NCBI RefSeq assembly: GCF_963921235.1
Contig: NC_086108.1
Location: forward strand, 46,130,001-46,194,000
Reading direction: 5' to 3'
Origin: Mobula hypostoma
Lineage: Eukaryota
Length of the DNA stretch: 64,000 nucleotides
The notes beneath the pieces were generated by a model. That model had not been told where the DNA came from. It ran no database searches and saw only the letters and a list, made by a program, of their open reading frames with translations. This document shows, piece after piece, positions 11,314 to 24,446 of this stretch. Each line of letters begins with the position of its first letter. Position 1 is the first letter of the stretch. The translations under genes and the position numbers were made by a program.

Positions 11314-12840
11314 TGTCTGCACTGATTTTGTTCATTCACAGTCAAACAAAAGCACTCAGCAGATGAGTTCCTTCATTATTCACTATTAGGTATACAGCTT
11401 TATAGTACCGTAGAGGTATTGGTTGGGTGGCAGGGTGGAGATATGTCTCTACCAAAGGAGGTGTAAGGAATTCTTCCCCTTCACTAGCCTATAGGTCTTT
11501 TCTTTCTTTTTAAATCTTTTTATTGAATAAGTATACAGAAAGGTAAGCCATATAGGCACTAATACACTGTTAGAATATAATAAAATTACGGAAGATATTA
11601 ATACAAAAAAAATACAAACAATGTAACTTAAACATAACATACCAAGGTAACATAATAGTATACTAATTTATATATATATATCAATAGAGAAAAGGAAAAA
11701 AAAAACCCCCAAAAAAAACCCACCGTGCAACTAACTAAAAGCAAAGCAAAGCAATGGGCTAACTTGAAACCAAACAGAGTTAAAAAAACTTAAAATCACG
11801 TCCTCAATCACGACCTCCATTAAAAACAGTAAAGAAAAACAAGAAGGGTATATATTACATTAAATGAAAATATTGAAGAAAAGATCTCCAGGTCTGTTCA
11901 AATTTAAATGAGGAGTCATAAAGATTGCTTCTAACTTTCTCCAAATTCAAGCATAATATCGTCTGAGAAAACCAAAAAAAGGTAGTTGGAGCATTAAGCT
12001 CTTTCCAATGTTGTAAGATACATCTATTCGCCATTAAAGTAAGAAATGCAATCATTCTATGGGCTGAAGGGGAGAGATTACTGGAAATTTTAGGTAGTCC
12101 AAAGATAGCAGTAATAGGGTGAGGAGAGATATCTATATTTAATACCTTGGAGATAATATTAAAAATGTCTCTCCAAAAAGTTTCCAGAGTAGGGCAAGAC
12201 CAAAACATATGAGTTAAAGAGGCTATCTGCCCCGGACATCTATCACAAAAAGGATTAATATGAGAATAAAAGCGAGCTAATTTATCTTTGGACATATGTG
12301 CTCTATGAACAACTTTAAATTGAATTAGGGAATGTTTAGCACAGATAGAGGAAGTATTGACTAATTGTAAAATCTGCCCCCAGTCATCCACGGAAATGAT
12401 AAACCCCAATTCCTGTTCCCAATCTACCCTAATCTTATCAAATGGAGCTTTCCTAAATTTCATAATAATATTATAAATCATAGCCGATGCACCTTTCTGA
12501 CATGGATTAAGGTTAATTATCGAATCTAAAATGTATGTAGGAGGAAGCATTGGAAAGGAAGAAAGTATAGTACTTAGGAAATTTCTAACTTGTAGATATC
12601 TAAAAAAATGTATTCTTGATAAATTATATTTATTAGATAATTGTTCAAAAGACGTAAGGGAACCATCTAAAAATAAATCCAAAAACCGTGAAATACCCTT
12701 AGTCTTCCAAATTTGAAAAGCACGATCCATAAAAGAGGGAGGAAAAAATATGTTACCTAAAATAGGAATCGCTAACCCAAATTGATTAAGATCAAAAAAT
12801 TTTCTGAATTGAAACCAAATACGTAAGGTATATTTAACTA

Positions 12841-12959
12841 ACAACAACATACATCAAAGTTGCTGGTGAACGCAGCAGGCCAGGCAGCATCTATAGGAAG
12901 AAGCGCAGTCAACGTTTCAGGCCGAGACCCTTCGTCAGGACTAACTGAAGGAAGAGTGA
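12841..12959 (-). mobile_element. 119-bp Penelope pseudo-LTR-derived insert with 18-bp TSD
   Basis: gtaaggtatatttaacta is present at both 12823-12840 and 12960-12977. The insert is absent from the homologous L1 position (~33500-33520). Confidence 0.92.
12906..12943 (-). ncRNA. Minimal type I hammerhead ribozyme motif (predicted)
   Basis: Minus strand reads AGUC CUGACGA AGG-GUCUCGG-CCU GAAAC GUU GACU: helix I AGUC/GACU, core CUGANGA and GAAA, helix II, and a palindromic AACGUU in place of helix III. Predicted cleavage between 12911 and 12910. Confidence 0.75.
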
Positions 12960-13956
12960 GTAAGGTATATTTAACTATCGGGTTAGACACCTGTTTAAGG
13001 CGTTTCAAATCAAAAGGAAGAGAGGAACCTAAAATAGAGCCAAGTGTATAACCCTGAACAGATTGTAATTCCAATGCTACCCATTTAGGAATGGATAGTA
13101 TATCCTGGTCAAGTAACCAAAATTTCATATGTCGAATATTAATTGCCCAATAATAAAATCTAAAGTTAGGTAATGCTAAGCCTCCATCTCTCTTTGCTTT
13201 CTGTAATTGTATTTTACCCAGTCTCGGGTTTTTATTTTGCCAAATAAATGAAGAAATTTTGGAGTCGACTTTATCAAAAAAAGATTTTGGAACAAAGATT
13301 GGTAATGCCTGAAATATATATAAAAATTTTGGCAAAAAAAACATCTTAACTGCATTAATACGACCAATCAAAGTTAAATATAAAGGAAACCATTTAGATG
13401 AAAGTTGAATAATATGGTCAATTAATGGTAAAAAGTTAATCTTAAATAAATCTTTGTATTTACAAGTAATTTTAATCCCAAGATATGAAAAATAATTATT
13501 AATCAATTTAAATGGAAAGTTATGATATAAGGGAAGTTGTTTATTAATCGGGAAAAGTTCACTCTTACTAAGATTTAATTTATAACCTGAAAAAAGACCA
13601 AATTGTGCTAATAGCTCTAAAACAGCCGGGATGGATTTTTGGGGATTAGAAATATATAAAAGTAAGTCATCAGCATAGAGTGATATTTTATGGGACTTTA
13701 AGCCCCGAATTATCCCAGTAATATTTGGAGATTCTCGAATGGCAATTGCAAGAGGTTCTAATGCAATATCAAATAATAAAGGACTAAGAGGACAACCTTG
13801 TCGAGTACCTCGAAAAAGAGGGAAAAAAGGTGAACTTAAAGAGTTAGTACGGACCGAGGCCACAGGAGAATGATATAACAGTTTAATCCAGGATATAAAT
13901 TTCGAGCTAAAATTAAACATTTCAAGCACCTTAAATAAATAAGGCCATTCTACTCT

Positions 13957-14779
13957 ATGTAGAGAGGATGAAGGGTTGGGCAGAGAAGTGATTGATGGAG
14001 TTCAATCCAGAAAAGCATGCAGTGATACACTTTATAAGATCAAACTTGAAGGCAGAGTGCAAGTCCAATGCCAGGATTCTTGGCATTGTGGGGGACCAGA
14101 GAAATTTTTGAGTCCAAGTCCATAGATCCCATAAAGTTGCAGCACAAGTTGATAAGTGGTTAAGAAGGTGCACAGTGTGCTGGCCTTCATTGGTCTGGGG
14201 ATTGAGCTAGTGAGCCACAAGGTAATGTTGCAGATTTATAAAACTCTGGTTAGACCGCACTGGGAATATTGTGTTCAGTTCTGATCCCCATAAGAATGAG
14301 ACGGAAGTTTTTGAGAGAGTGCAGGAGGAGGCTTACCAGGATGCTTCCTGAATTAGAGAACATGTCTTATGAAGACAGATTGAGCAAGCCAGGGCTTTTC
14401 ACTTTGGAATGACAGAGGATGAGAGGCAACCTGATAGAGATGTGCAAGATTAGGAAAGGCACAAGTAGAGTGGATAACTAGCACCTTTTACCCAGGGCAG
14501 CAATGGCCAATAAAAGAGAACACCCATTTAAGATGACTGGAGGAAAGTTTAGGGGAGATGTGTGATTTTATTTTTACACAAAGTCATTTGTGTCTAGAAC
14601 ACTCTGCTGGGGGTGGTGGTCAAGGCTGATGCAATAGGGACATTTAAAAGGCTCTTAGGCACATGGAAGTAAGAAAAATTGGAGGGCTATGTACTATGTA
14701 AGAGGGAAGGGATAGCTTTGTAGGTTGGTACAACACTGAGGGCCAAAACTGTGCTCTACTGTTTTATGTTCTACATTCT
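13957..14779 (+). mobile_element. Degraded 5'-truncated CR1
   Basis: WAEK..MEFNPEK, LYKTLVRPHWEYCVQF and RMRGNLIE remnants, with a ctgtgctctactgttttatgttct tail. Confidence 0.85.
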
Positions 14780-15992
14780 TTTTTTCCATTTTAGGCCTTG
14801 TCATTTTTTATTGCCCTGTCCTCAAACTTACCAAAATTGATGTACTGATGAAAGGTTGTATTAAATATGGCCATGTGAAACAAAGCAGATTTCATACACT
14901 GTGCCAGGGATTTGGAAACTCAATTAGTTTTCACTACATAATCCCATTTCCTCCCCTCCCTGCTTTCTCCCCATTCTGCCAAGCAATTGTTAATTTTTCT
15001 ATGCCTTTCGAAATGTTCTCTGTGGAACAGTTATGGCCTTTCTAAAAGCAATCAAGAGAAGCACTGGAATAAAACTGCAACAGTATGTAGTGATGATCTA
15101 ATTAGCTGTATGCACGATTTCTTACTAGCGCATGGCACTGCTCAAGGAGTATTATCCTGTAGGAATACTGTTTTCTGCATGAGTATATTTAATCTGGATA
15201 AAAAGGTAATATGCATTGCTTTAATTCACTATAATTGACACTGCTAATAGATGGCAAAGTATTATCATCTCGGTTGAGTTAAATAGACCTAGAAATGTGT
15301 TTGCACAATTCCAAACATGGATTGCGCCATTTCAAATTATGTTAACTCAGTAATTCTACACAGACCTGACAGCGTCTTTGCACCTGGCTGGAAACTTACA
15401 ATATTATTTTTCTGCAAGATTTTCGCTTTTCATGGAACGAAGCTCCCTCAGTGATGTTGCTATGTGCAAAATTCATTTGTAGTGAGACTTTCAACATCAC
15501 ATGCCTTGCAAACAAAATTTCTTATCTGAAGACATGCTTTCTAAACATTCAAAGGTCATTTTGTGCTGGAGATCTGTGACCTCAAATAACTTCAAAAGCA
15601 ACCTCACATTCTGACTGCTTTGCCAGTCACTTTCAGTCTCAGGACCATTCCAGGCTGCTGCTGCTGATTTCTGCCATATTCCACCATTTGCTGCATTCTA
15701 CTCCATTATGGAGCCATCAAAACTCCAAATTCAAGAATCTATACACTTTTCCTTCAGCGCAGAGGAACAGACAGAGCAGAGGTAGATATTTTCTAGCAAA
15801 GCAAGCTTCCTAAACTGCAACTGCACACAAACCGCACTCAAGTATTGTTTATTCCTTACGGAACTCTCCCTCCCCATCTAATGCAAGAAGAGCCTGGCTG
15901 TAGCCTAGAAGGGTCTCTCTGAGCCCCTTGCTCAAGCAATTTGCTGATTGTTGGCACTACTCTTAATCAGCTCGCTCTAGTCCAACTGAACT

Positions 15993-17596
15993 GGATGCAC
16001 TGGAGCTTATGGAAAGCATCAAGTTGGATAAGTCACCGGGACCGGATGAGATAAACACCAGGCTGCTGTGGGGGGCGAGGAAGGAGATTCATGAACCTCT
16101 AGCAATGATCTTTGCACCATCGATGGGGACGGGAGAGGTTTTGGAGGATTGGAGTGTTGCAGATGTTGTTCCCTTATTCAAGTAAAGGAGTAGAGATAGC
16201 CCAGGAAATTATAGACCAGTGAGTCTTACTTCAGTGGTTGGTAGGTTGATGGAAAAGATCCTGAGAGGCAGGATTTATGAACATTTGGAGAGGCATAATA
16301 TGATTAGAAATAGTCAGCATGGCTTTGTCAAAGGCAGGTCGTGCCTTACAAGCCTGACTGAATTTTTTGAGGATGTGACTAAACATACTGATGAAGGTAG
16401 AGCAGTAGATGTAGTGTATATGGATTTCAGTAAGGAATTTGAGAAGGTACCCCATGCAAGGTTTATTGAGAAAGTAGGAGGCATGGGATCCAAGGGGACC
16501 TTGCTTTGTGGATCCAGAACTGGCTTGCCCACAGGAGGCAAAGAGTGGTTGCAGACAGGTCATATTCTGCATGGAAGTTGGTGACCAGTGGTGTGCCTCA
16601 GGGGTATGTCTGGGACCCCTTCTCTTTGTGATTTTTATAAATTACCTGGATGAGGAAGTGGAGGGATGGGTGAGTAAATTTGCTGATGACACACAGGTTG
16701 GAGGTGTTGTGGATAGTGTGGAGGGCTGTCAGAGGTTACAGTGGGAAATCAATAGGATGCAAAACTGGGCTGAGAAGTGGCAGATGGATTTCAACCCAGA
16801 TAAGTGTGAGGTGGTTCATTTTGGTAGGTCAAATACCATGGCAGAATATAGTATTAATGGAAAGACTCTTGGCAGTGTGGAGGATCAGAGGGATCTTGGG
16901 GTCTGAGTCCATAGGACACTCAAAGCTGCTGCGCAAGTTGACTGTGTGGTTTAGAAGGCATACGATGCATTGGCCTTTATCAAGCGTAGGATTGAAATTA
17001 AGAGCTGAGAAGTAATGTTACAGCTATACAGGACCCTGGTCAGACCGCACTTGGAGTATTATGCTCAGTTCTGGTCACCTCACTACAGGAAAGATGTAGA
17101 AACTATAGAAAAGGTGCAGAGGAGATTTACAAGGATGTTGACTGGATTGGGGAGCATGTCTTATGAGAATAGGTTGAGTGAACTTAGCCTTTTCTCCTTG
17201 GAGCAATGGAGGATGAGAGGTGATCTGATAGAGGTGTATAAGATGATGAGAGGCATTGATCGTGTGAATAGTCAAAGGTTTTTTCCCAGGGCTGAAATGG
17301 CTAACACGAGAGGGCACAGTTTTAAGGTGTTTGGAAGTAAGTACTGTACAGAGGAAATGTCAGTTGTTTGTTTGTTTTTATGCAGAGAGTGGCAAGTACG
17401 TGGAATGGGCTGCAGGCAACGGTGGTGGAGGCAGATACGATAGTCTTTTCTAAGAGTCTCCTGGATAGGTACCTGGAGCTCAGAAAAATAGAGGACTATA
17501 GGTAACCCTAGGTAATTTCTAAAGTAAGTACATGTTTGGCACAGCATCGTGGGCCTAAGGGCCTGTATTATGTTGTAAGTTTTCTATGTTTCCATG
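15993..17596 (+). mobile_element. 5'-truncated CR1 (RT and C-terminus, frameshifted)
   Basis: ORFs 16219-17443: SQHGFVKGRSCLT, VDVVYMDFSK, SKFADDT, LVRPHLEYYAQFWSP. Tail tttctatgtttccatg. Confidence 0.95.
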
Positions 17597-20500
17597 AACT
17601 TTGGGGACACTTTACACCCTGTATCATTATGGTATCTATTCAGGAGGTAGAGACACCAATTATAGCTGGAAGTGTGCTTTCCCTTGAGTTACAGCATCTC
17701 CCTACCAGAGCAGCTCCTGAGATCAACCACACTTAGAATCTAAATGATTGCAACCATGAGAACTTGTAGGAGATCAGTGGAATGGTACACGCAGAAAATA
17801 ACAACATGGATGTTGAAGCCATGTGTCTATTTATTGTCTGTATTGTGCATCCTCACTCTGGGTTAAGGTAATTTGTCAAGTGGGTTTGGGTGGCAGTAGA
17901 AATAAATGAATATAGTCACCTGTTCACCCGCATGGGTAGGGGTGAGTAGGAAGCACATACTTTTTATTGACCCCTCGTCTTTCTTCGAATTTGATCCAGT
18001 TATGCTTGTCTCGGTTGTTTTTGTTTTACATGAATTACCGAAGGGTCGAATGATTTTATTGCTGGTTTGTAATAAAGGATTAAACATACTTTTTTTGACT
18101 TGGTATTCAGTGAGTTGGAAGCGCATCGTACAGTGGGATACTTCCTCACTCAGCCTCTCAGCGATTTTTAGTTTGTTTTCAGGTAATCGCTAGAATGGCA
18201 TTACACCACCGCCACAACAGCCACATTTCCATGCATGGACAGTCTCTGTCTTCGCGAGACAGCTGCTGCAATAGGCTGGCACTCAGCACTCCTTTAACGC
18301 CATTAACATAGAGCAAAGGAGTTTCAAGGCAATACAACTGAAATTGTATCCTTTTTAATTTTCTTGTGCAATTTGTGCTGAATCATAAAGAACATTTTTC
18401 TGACAATCTGGATGTTTAATTTATGATCCTATTAACCTCGATAACAACACCATTAACAGTTAGGAAAATATACACTTGAGAAATTCAATTTCTTAACAAC
18501 ATTTTATCTCCTCGTGTTTCCTCTTCATTGGTCATGGCACCACTCTAATGATCAATCCTTAGACAGTGAAACTCAGCAGGCTACCTGCCTGCTGAGCAAA
18601 TCACAGCCAGACCCAATCAAACCTTCATCCAAATTCTCTCCTGGCAAATTACTCTCCCCTTAATTCAGCTGCATTGAAGGTTCTTGAGATTTGCATTCGA
18701 GGTCTTTCTTCTTGAAAAACAAAAGACGAAGTGCTAACTGCTAAAGAATATTTAGCTGTTCGTCAACTGAATGGCACTGATGTATCATGGGATACTACCC
18801 CCAGCTACAGACACAATCACAATTCAGTTAACCGTATCAGCTCACAGAAAAAGATCGAGCTCAAGCATTAGTTATGATAGGCTCTGCGGTACTTTCATGA
18901 AGGTATTTGAAGTTACACATGACAATTCAATTAATAGATGTAATGGTGTTTTTGTTAATGCTCACTGATATTTAAATTTTACATTGCACAGTAGAAATTT
19001 TAAGTACTAAAAATATTAATGCCTTATTTTTTCTCATGTATCATCTTGATGGGAGATGAAATAAGGACAGGAGATATGTGGTTTTTTTTATGGCCACTGC
19101 TGGGTGATAACTGGAAAACCCAAAGTCCTGTCACTGTGTCACCTCTAGGGATACACATTACTGCACAAAATATGGATCATTGTGATATTTTCTGTTACAA
19201 GTTTTTCAAAGCAGCTTCCAATGGAACACAGGCCCCACATTACAAACGTGATGTAGTATCTATTGGGCATAAATGATTAAACACATTCTGTGCATCCCCA
19301 TATTCTATAGAATAAAAAAAAATCCCTCAAAAACATACAAGATAATAATCTGGAGATCCAAACTGACTACTCTTCATAATCTACCAGACAAATTCAACAC
19401 AATTTTAAAATAAAATCACCTATTCAAAATTCACCCACCCTCTCGAATTATCATCATGTGGAATGACGATCTGTTGTGTTACTACAGTTTCTTCTTTATG
19501 ACTACGTTTTAAACTCATTTGATACAAACTTGCTATGAATTGGAATTCAGAAATGAATTATGCTTATGAATCTAACTAACCTTTGCTCCCAACACTTGAT
19601 AGTAAGCTGCAAATGCTGCACATGTATTTTTCACCGCAAAATACATCACTTGTTGCACACAGAGATAAATGAGTACCAGATGTACTGTCAGAAGTCAGCT
19701 ACCTACATTCAGGTTAACCAGACTGATTTTCCTGCTTTACATTCCAACATCAACACTTTTCTATTGTACAGCTCTTTCCAGAATTGTGCCAATGCCCAGG
19801 ACTTGTCTTTAGTATGCGAAATACAGATGCACAGACTCACAAAGTGCAGTTTTGAAGGTGCCAACCACCATTTACTGCCCTGTGCAAGTAAGTATACACA
19901 GGAAGCATCACCCATTTAAAACTTCAAGTTGCTAGGCAAAAAGAACTAATGACGAAAGTGAATCAATTATGCTATTGTGCACTTCAGAGTTTAAGGATGA
20001 ATTACTTAAGTTATTTTAAGAATTCAAAATAAAGAAGCACACATTTCTGACCAATTCAAAGAACTCCCCTGGAGAGAATGTTACTTTGCCACATACAGCA
20101 TTCTTTTTATAAATTGGAGCATGGGAATGTTATAGTTTACTGAAACTGTTTGTCAAAGATCTGGTCCCCAAATTTTACCGGAATTATTTATTATGCATAT
20201 CCAAATTACATAAAATTACTCTGCAATGAAAGTAACTGCGTATCGAACCCTTCATTATTTTACTCAGATTCCTCTCCAACCTGAAGATCCTGGCTGAGAT
20301 TTTTTTTCTCACAACATTGGGGAAAGTGGGACAGTGCAACCGAAAACAGGCTTAACCTGTAGCAAAGCAAAGCTGGATCCATTGTGGGCAGAAAATTCAA
20401 CAACTGATTTTCCATTGGGTTTTTCCATTAACAATATAAACAAGATTCTAACACAAAACTCCTCTAAATGATGTCAATAATACTGTCGAGGCCGGTGGGT

Positions 20501-21100
20501 ATCTTCAATGTGATTTTCAACTTTTCTGAACTCTGTTTATTTACTATAAATTGCAAGTTAATGGACCATAGATGTCACAAAGATCACAGGTGGGTACATG
20601 AAAATTGTTGGAGGTGGCATACAAGGGACTCTCACATAAGACCTACTGCATCCAAAGTTTCTAGGGACACAAGCCCTATAGCTAGATGCGCTTGAGGGCA
20701 ATGCTACCCACCAGGATACTTCTTGTTGGCCTTACAATTGTACAGAACAGAATGAGTCCTCTGCCAGACATCAAGTACTAAACACTTCTCCCAGTACTTC
20801 AGTCTGTAGCCTTCTTTGCCATGACTTTTCAAGTGTTCATCTAAATACTTCTTAAATGTTGTGAGGGTACCAGCTTGCAGTCAAGAAATTTGTTCCACAT
20901 TCCAATCAAAAAAAATCTTCCTCAAATCCACTCAGTTTTTTTTTTACCCTTTACCTTAAGCTGATTCCATATGGTTTAAGACACCTCTGCCAGGGGCAAA
21001 CCTACTCATTACCTACCCTAAGCCCTTTATAATGTGTTTTTTTAAATAAATGCACCCTAGTGTGGTCCTGCTTTACAAAGGAAGCAAACCCAGCCTGTGC

Positions 21101-21187
21101 AACACACACAAAATGCTGGAGGAACTCAGCAAGCCAGGCAGCATCTGTGGAAAAAAGGTACAGTCGACATTTCGGGCGGAAACCTTT
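21101..21187 (-). mobile_element. Short PLE pseudo-LTR insert with partial hammerhead
   Basis: aacacacacaaaatgctggaggaactcagc...cagtcgacatttcgggc. Flanked by an imperfect 11-bp repeat: ccagcctgtgc (21090-21100) and ccagcctatcc (21188-21198). Confidence 0.8.
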
Positions 21188-21831
21188 CCAGCCTATCCAG
21201 TTTTTCCTCACGGTCAGAATGTTCCACCCAGGCAACATCTTGGTTTTGCTCTCTGACAATATTGCTCGCTGTTTCATTTGGCAGATCACCCTACCTTCAC
21301 ACTCCAAGGAGAGGACCTTCACTCCGTAGGAGCAGGGGAGAGGAGACACCACAATTTGCCATTATTGCAATCTTCCCCAAAATGCACCTGTTCAGCAGAC
21401 AATACTGATTCAGATTTTAACTCTTTTCAGAAACCTCCCCGTAACCTGGTGCACGATGATGTGGTACCCGAGCATGTCCCTATGGCCCCCTTAAAGAACA
21501 TGTCTTGCTCTCATTCATGCAGTATATCTGAAATACCAGTAAAAAAATCACTGCTTAGGTGGTGTGTTCCTTTTAAGAGCTGGTTCAACAGCATCATCCA
21601 AGAACGTTTCCTCAGCGGGGTCACAGAGCAAGACTAAAATGGAGCCAGATGCAAGATTTGCCATGGGGCAACACGATAGCATGCACTGAGCCTGACACAA
21701 TGCATCTTTGCATGGAGAAATCCAACAAAGCTGTCCTGAGTAGCTAGTATTAAAGGATTGCATTTCTGATGGGATATGTATAAACAGAGTCAACATTATC
21801 ATAGCTGCACCTATCAAAGAGCAACATTGGA

Positions 21832-21833
<2 letters not shown>

Positions 21834-21868
<35 letters not shown>
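21834..21868 (+). repeat. (TA)n microsatellite
   Basis: Directly visible. Confidence 0.97.
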
Positions 21869-21873
<5 letters not shown>

Positions 21874-22899
21874 AATAACAGATTTCACTATAGGATCTGC
21901 TCCAGGATTACCTTATGATGTCAGCTGTCAGTGACGGCACACTTTGTCCGTTAAAAGAAAAACTTGAAATTATATACTGCTGTTCGTAACCTCATGGAAT
22001 GTTTTACAAAGATTACAGTTTAACTATGATGAGAATGCAGCTGGTTCTCTGATTTTCACTTTGTTAACCTGGCATGGATTCTTTCCTTACCAATCTTTAA
22101 TTGCCCCAATAAAATTTAAATATCTTTTCTTATGTGATTTCTAAGCCACTTCAGAAGGCATTGAGAATCAATCAACCATATAATTGATTGGAGCCACGTA
22201 CAACTTAATCTAAGCTTGTGACCGATTCCCTCCCTTCACAGAAGTTGATTTTTTAAATGAGATCAGCACATTTTTTAATTGAATTTTCTTACCTTGCTGC
22301 AGTAACTTGCCAACGAGCTAGTAGGGACTTCAAGTTCATTTATTGAATATCATATACAAGCACTTTGCATTGTGTGGTTGCTAGTGTTCACTTTTCCAAA
22401 TGGCATACTTTGAAGTCTTGGGAGCTTACCCCTTCTCTGATCTACTTTCATATTCTTCAGCTTCCTTTTTCCCTACCGCCCCAACCCCCATCCTTCCTAA
22501 TACATACACCCCTTTCTCAGCTAAGCTATGAAAATAAAGTGTGCAAAAAAAAATCATCTGCCAAAGGTCTCATGGCAGAATCGTGCAATCAGTTTCCCAC
22601 AGCTATCAGCCGCCCCCCCAATTGTTTAAACAATGGTTTATTCAAACATCTATGAATTTCCTATCTGATAATTAAAGTCTATTTAAGTATGAGCTTAGTG
22701 GAAAGTAGTTAAATTCAGCCCAGGAGCCACCATTCAGGCTCACACAAATCAGAAAAGTATCAAGTTTAGTTCTTTGCCTGCTCCACTTAACTGGTGTCCG
22801 TTGTTGAGACAGCAAGTGAGCTTTGCAATAATTTCAGGACATGGAGAAATAGATAAAATATTAGCTCAGAGTCATGTTCAGTTATCATCCAACATGGCT

Positions 22900-23810
22900 A
22901 GGCTGAATGGAAACTGAAGCAAAAAATATAGATTACCAAGTGATCTGGCAGTGTTTTGTGTATGAGAAAGTATTGATAAACAACATACTAGACCAAGATG
23001 ACACGAAGCAAGCCAGAGGCCTGGGTGAAGAGATGGCAGATGAAACTTAAAGCAACGATGAAGAAAAAAACACATTTTGGTATGAAGAATAAGGCACAAC
23101 ATTACGTTCAAGATGATCAAGTTTCCAGGGTGAAGGATCTCAAATCCTTACAGAAAGTTTGAGAAAGAAAGATCATGGATTTCAAATAATTGAGAAAGAG
23201 ACACGATGGGAAGTTTTGGTTCTGGAACGTTCACTTTTGAGGAAACTCAAAATCAGATTCAATTTTGGAAACAGCATCAAGATCATAGGGAAATAGCCAG
23301 TCTAAAGCAAGGTAAGAATCTACACTTGCCAAAAGAAAGCAGGTACTTGATAGACTGAACGACATCATTCCGTATTGAAATACTTATATCTTTAAGAACT
23401 GGACTGGAAAGTGCAAATGGACAGAGCTAACTCAGCTGCGATGCCAAAGAAGTTGCTTCTCAGATTTTGCACATGGAGAGTCAGCCAGCGGGCAGGGAAT
23501 CAGGAGCTTATTGGTGTTTACGCTCCAATTATCTCTTCTGGACAGGAGGAAGCAAAAACATCTTCTCAAGCTCACACGGAGCCCGAAATTATAGGGCATA
23601 GATTATAGAGGGGAGAAAGATTCAAAGGGCAAGCCTTTCCAATGCAGAGGATGCTGGGTTCACGGAACAAGCTGCCAAAGAAAGCTGTACAGGCAGATGA
23701 AATCAGTGTTTAAAGTTCAAAATGACCGAAAGCAACCAAATGGGTGTAACCTCGGTCACCATGGACGAGTTAGGCCAAAGGGCTCATTTCCATGCTGTTA
23801 TTATGTACAG
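22900..23810 (+). mobile_element. Old CR1 remnants (probably two fragments)
   Basis: WVKRWQMKL..HFG remnant at ~23020-23095, and a 3' end agggcatagatt...ggaacaagctgcca...ggccaaagggc at 23590-23800. Confidence 0.55.
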
Positions 23811-24446
23811 AAAAATAAAAGTTACTCATTCAAAAAATGGCATTTTAGGTTCATCGCACGTATGGAGTCATTGGACTTTCTGCCCAGCTCATAGATATCG
23901 TAACTATCGCCAACAAATCTCATTCTGTGATACCTTGTCTTCAGCCTAGAAATTATACTCACAGTATCCTACTGTAGCAGTGCACAGAAAGATGTGAATT
24001 TATGATGCTAACTTCTGGTTAAATAACGCTTTATTTTTAGGCTCAAGAACAGCATTTTCAGATCAGTCTTATTTGAGATTCAGACAGCCCAGGGGAGGAG
24101 AGTACAGGTGCAACACAAGAAAGCAATCATCCACAGCTCCAAAGCCTAATGACACAATTCTACAAAATTAGAAAACACATGAGCCTAACTGTCAAGAAAA
24201 ACAATGTACACGAGAAAGGCAGATTATTTTCCAAACAACAGTTACACAACTACCAATGCAGTACATTCTCAGGGAGAACCATGCAGTGTTAATGTCATTT
24301 GGTAAATGCAAGGAGTTATGTTGAATATTCAATGCCTTGTTAAATGCACCTGTTGTGGTGAAACTGTACAACAGAGAGAGAGAAAGTGAGAAAGTGAAAA
24401 TATGGGAGCAGGAAGACAGTTAGGATCACCTTTAATATTTGATGTT

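Larger units (their letters stand above)
11497..13956 (-). mobile_element. 5'-truncated L1 LINE (RT through 3' tail), ORF2 open except for one insertion
   Basis: ORFs 12838-13929 and 11855-12850 give RGTRQGCPLSPLLF, SLYADDLL and the CCHC knuckle CDRC..LTHMFWSC. PolyA signal and (GAAA)n tail near 11497-11525. Collinear with 32520-34829. Confidence 0.95.

Noticed and set aside
11412..11496. Possible SINE/RTE-related 5' fragment and a TSD for the adjacent L1
   Set aside because: It is too short to classify, and no matching repeat flanks the L1 at 13957, so no TSD is claimed.
18346..18354. Perfect U12-type 5' splice site GTATCCTTT
   Set aside because: The upstream candidate exon has stops in all frames. 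A 9-mer like this is expected about once by chance in 64 kb, and a similar ATATCCTTT occurs near 1217.
21431..21560. Plus-strand exon candidate (KPPRNLVHDDVVPEH...)
   Set aside because: The acceptor is plausible, but the donor is weak, the peptide is unrecognised and no partner exons were found.
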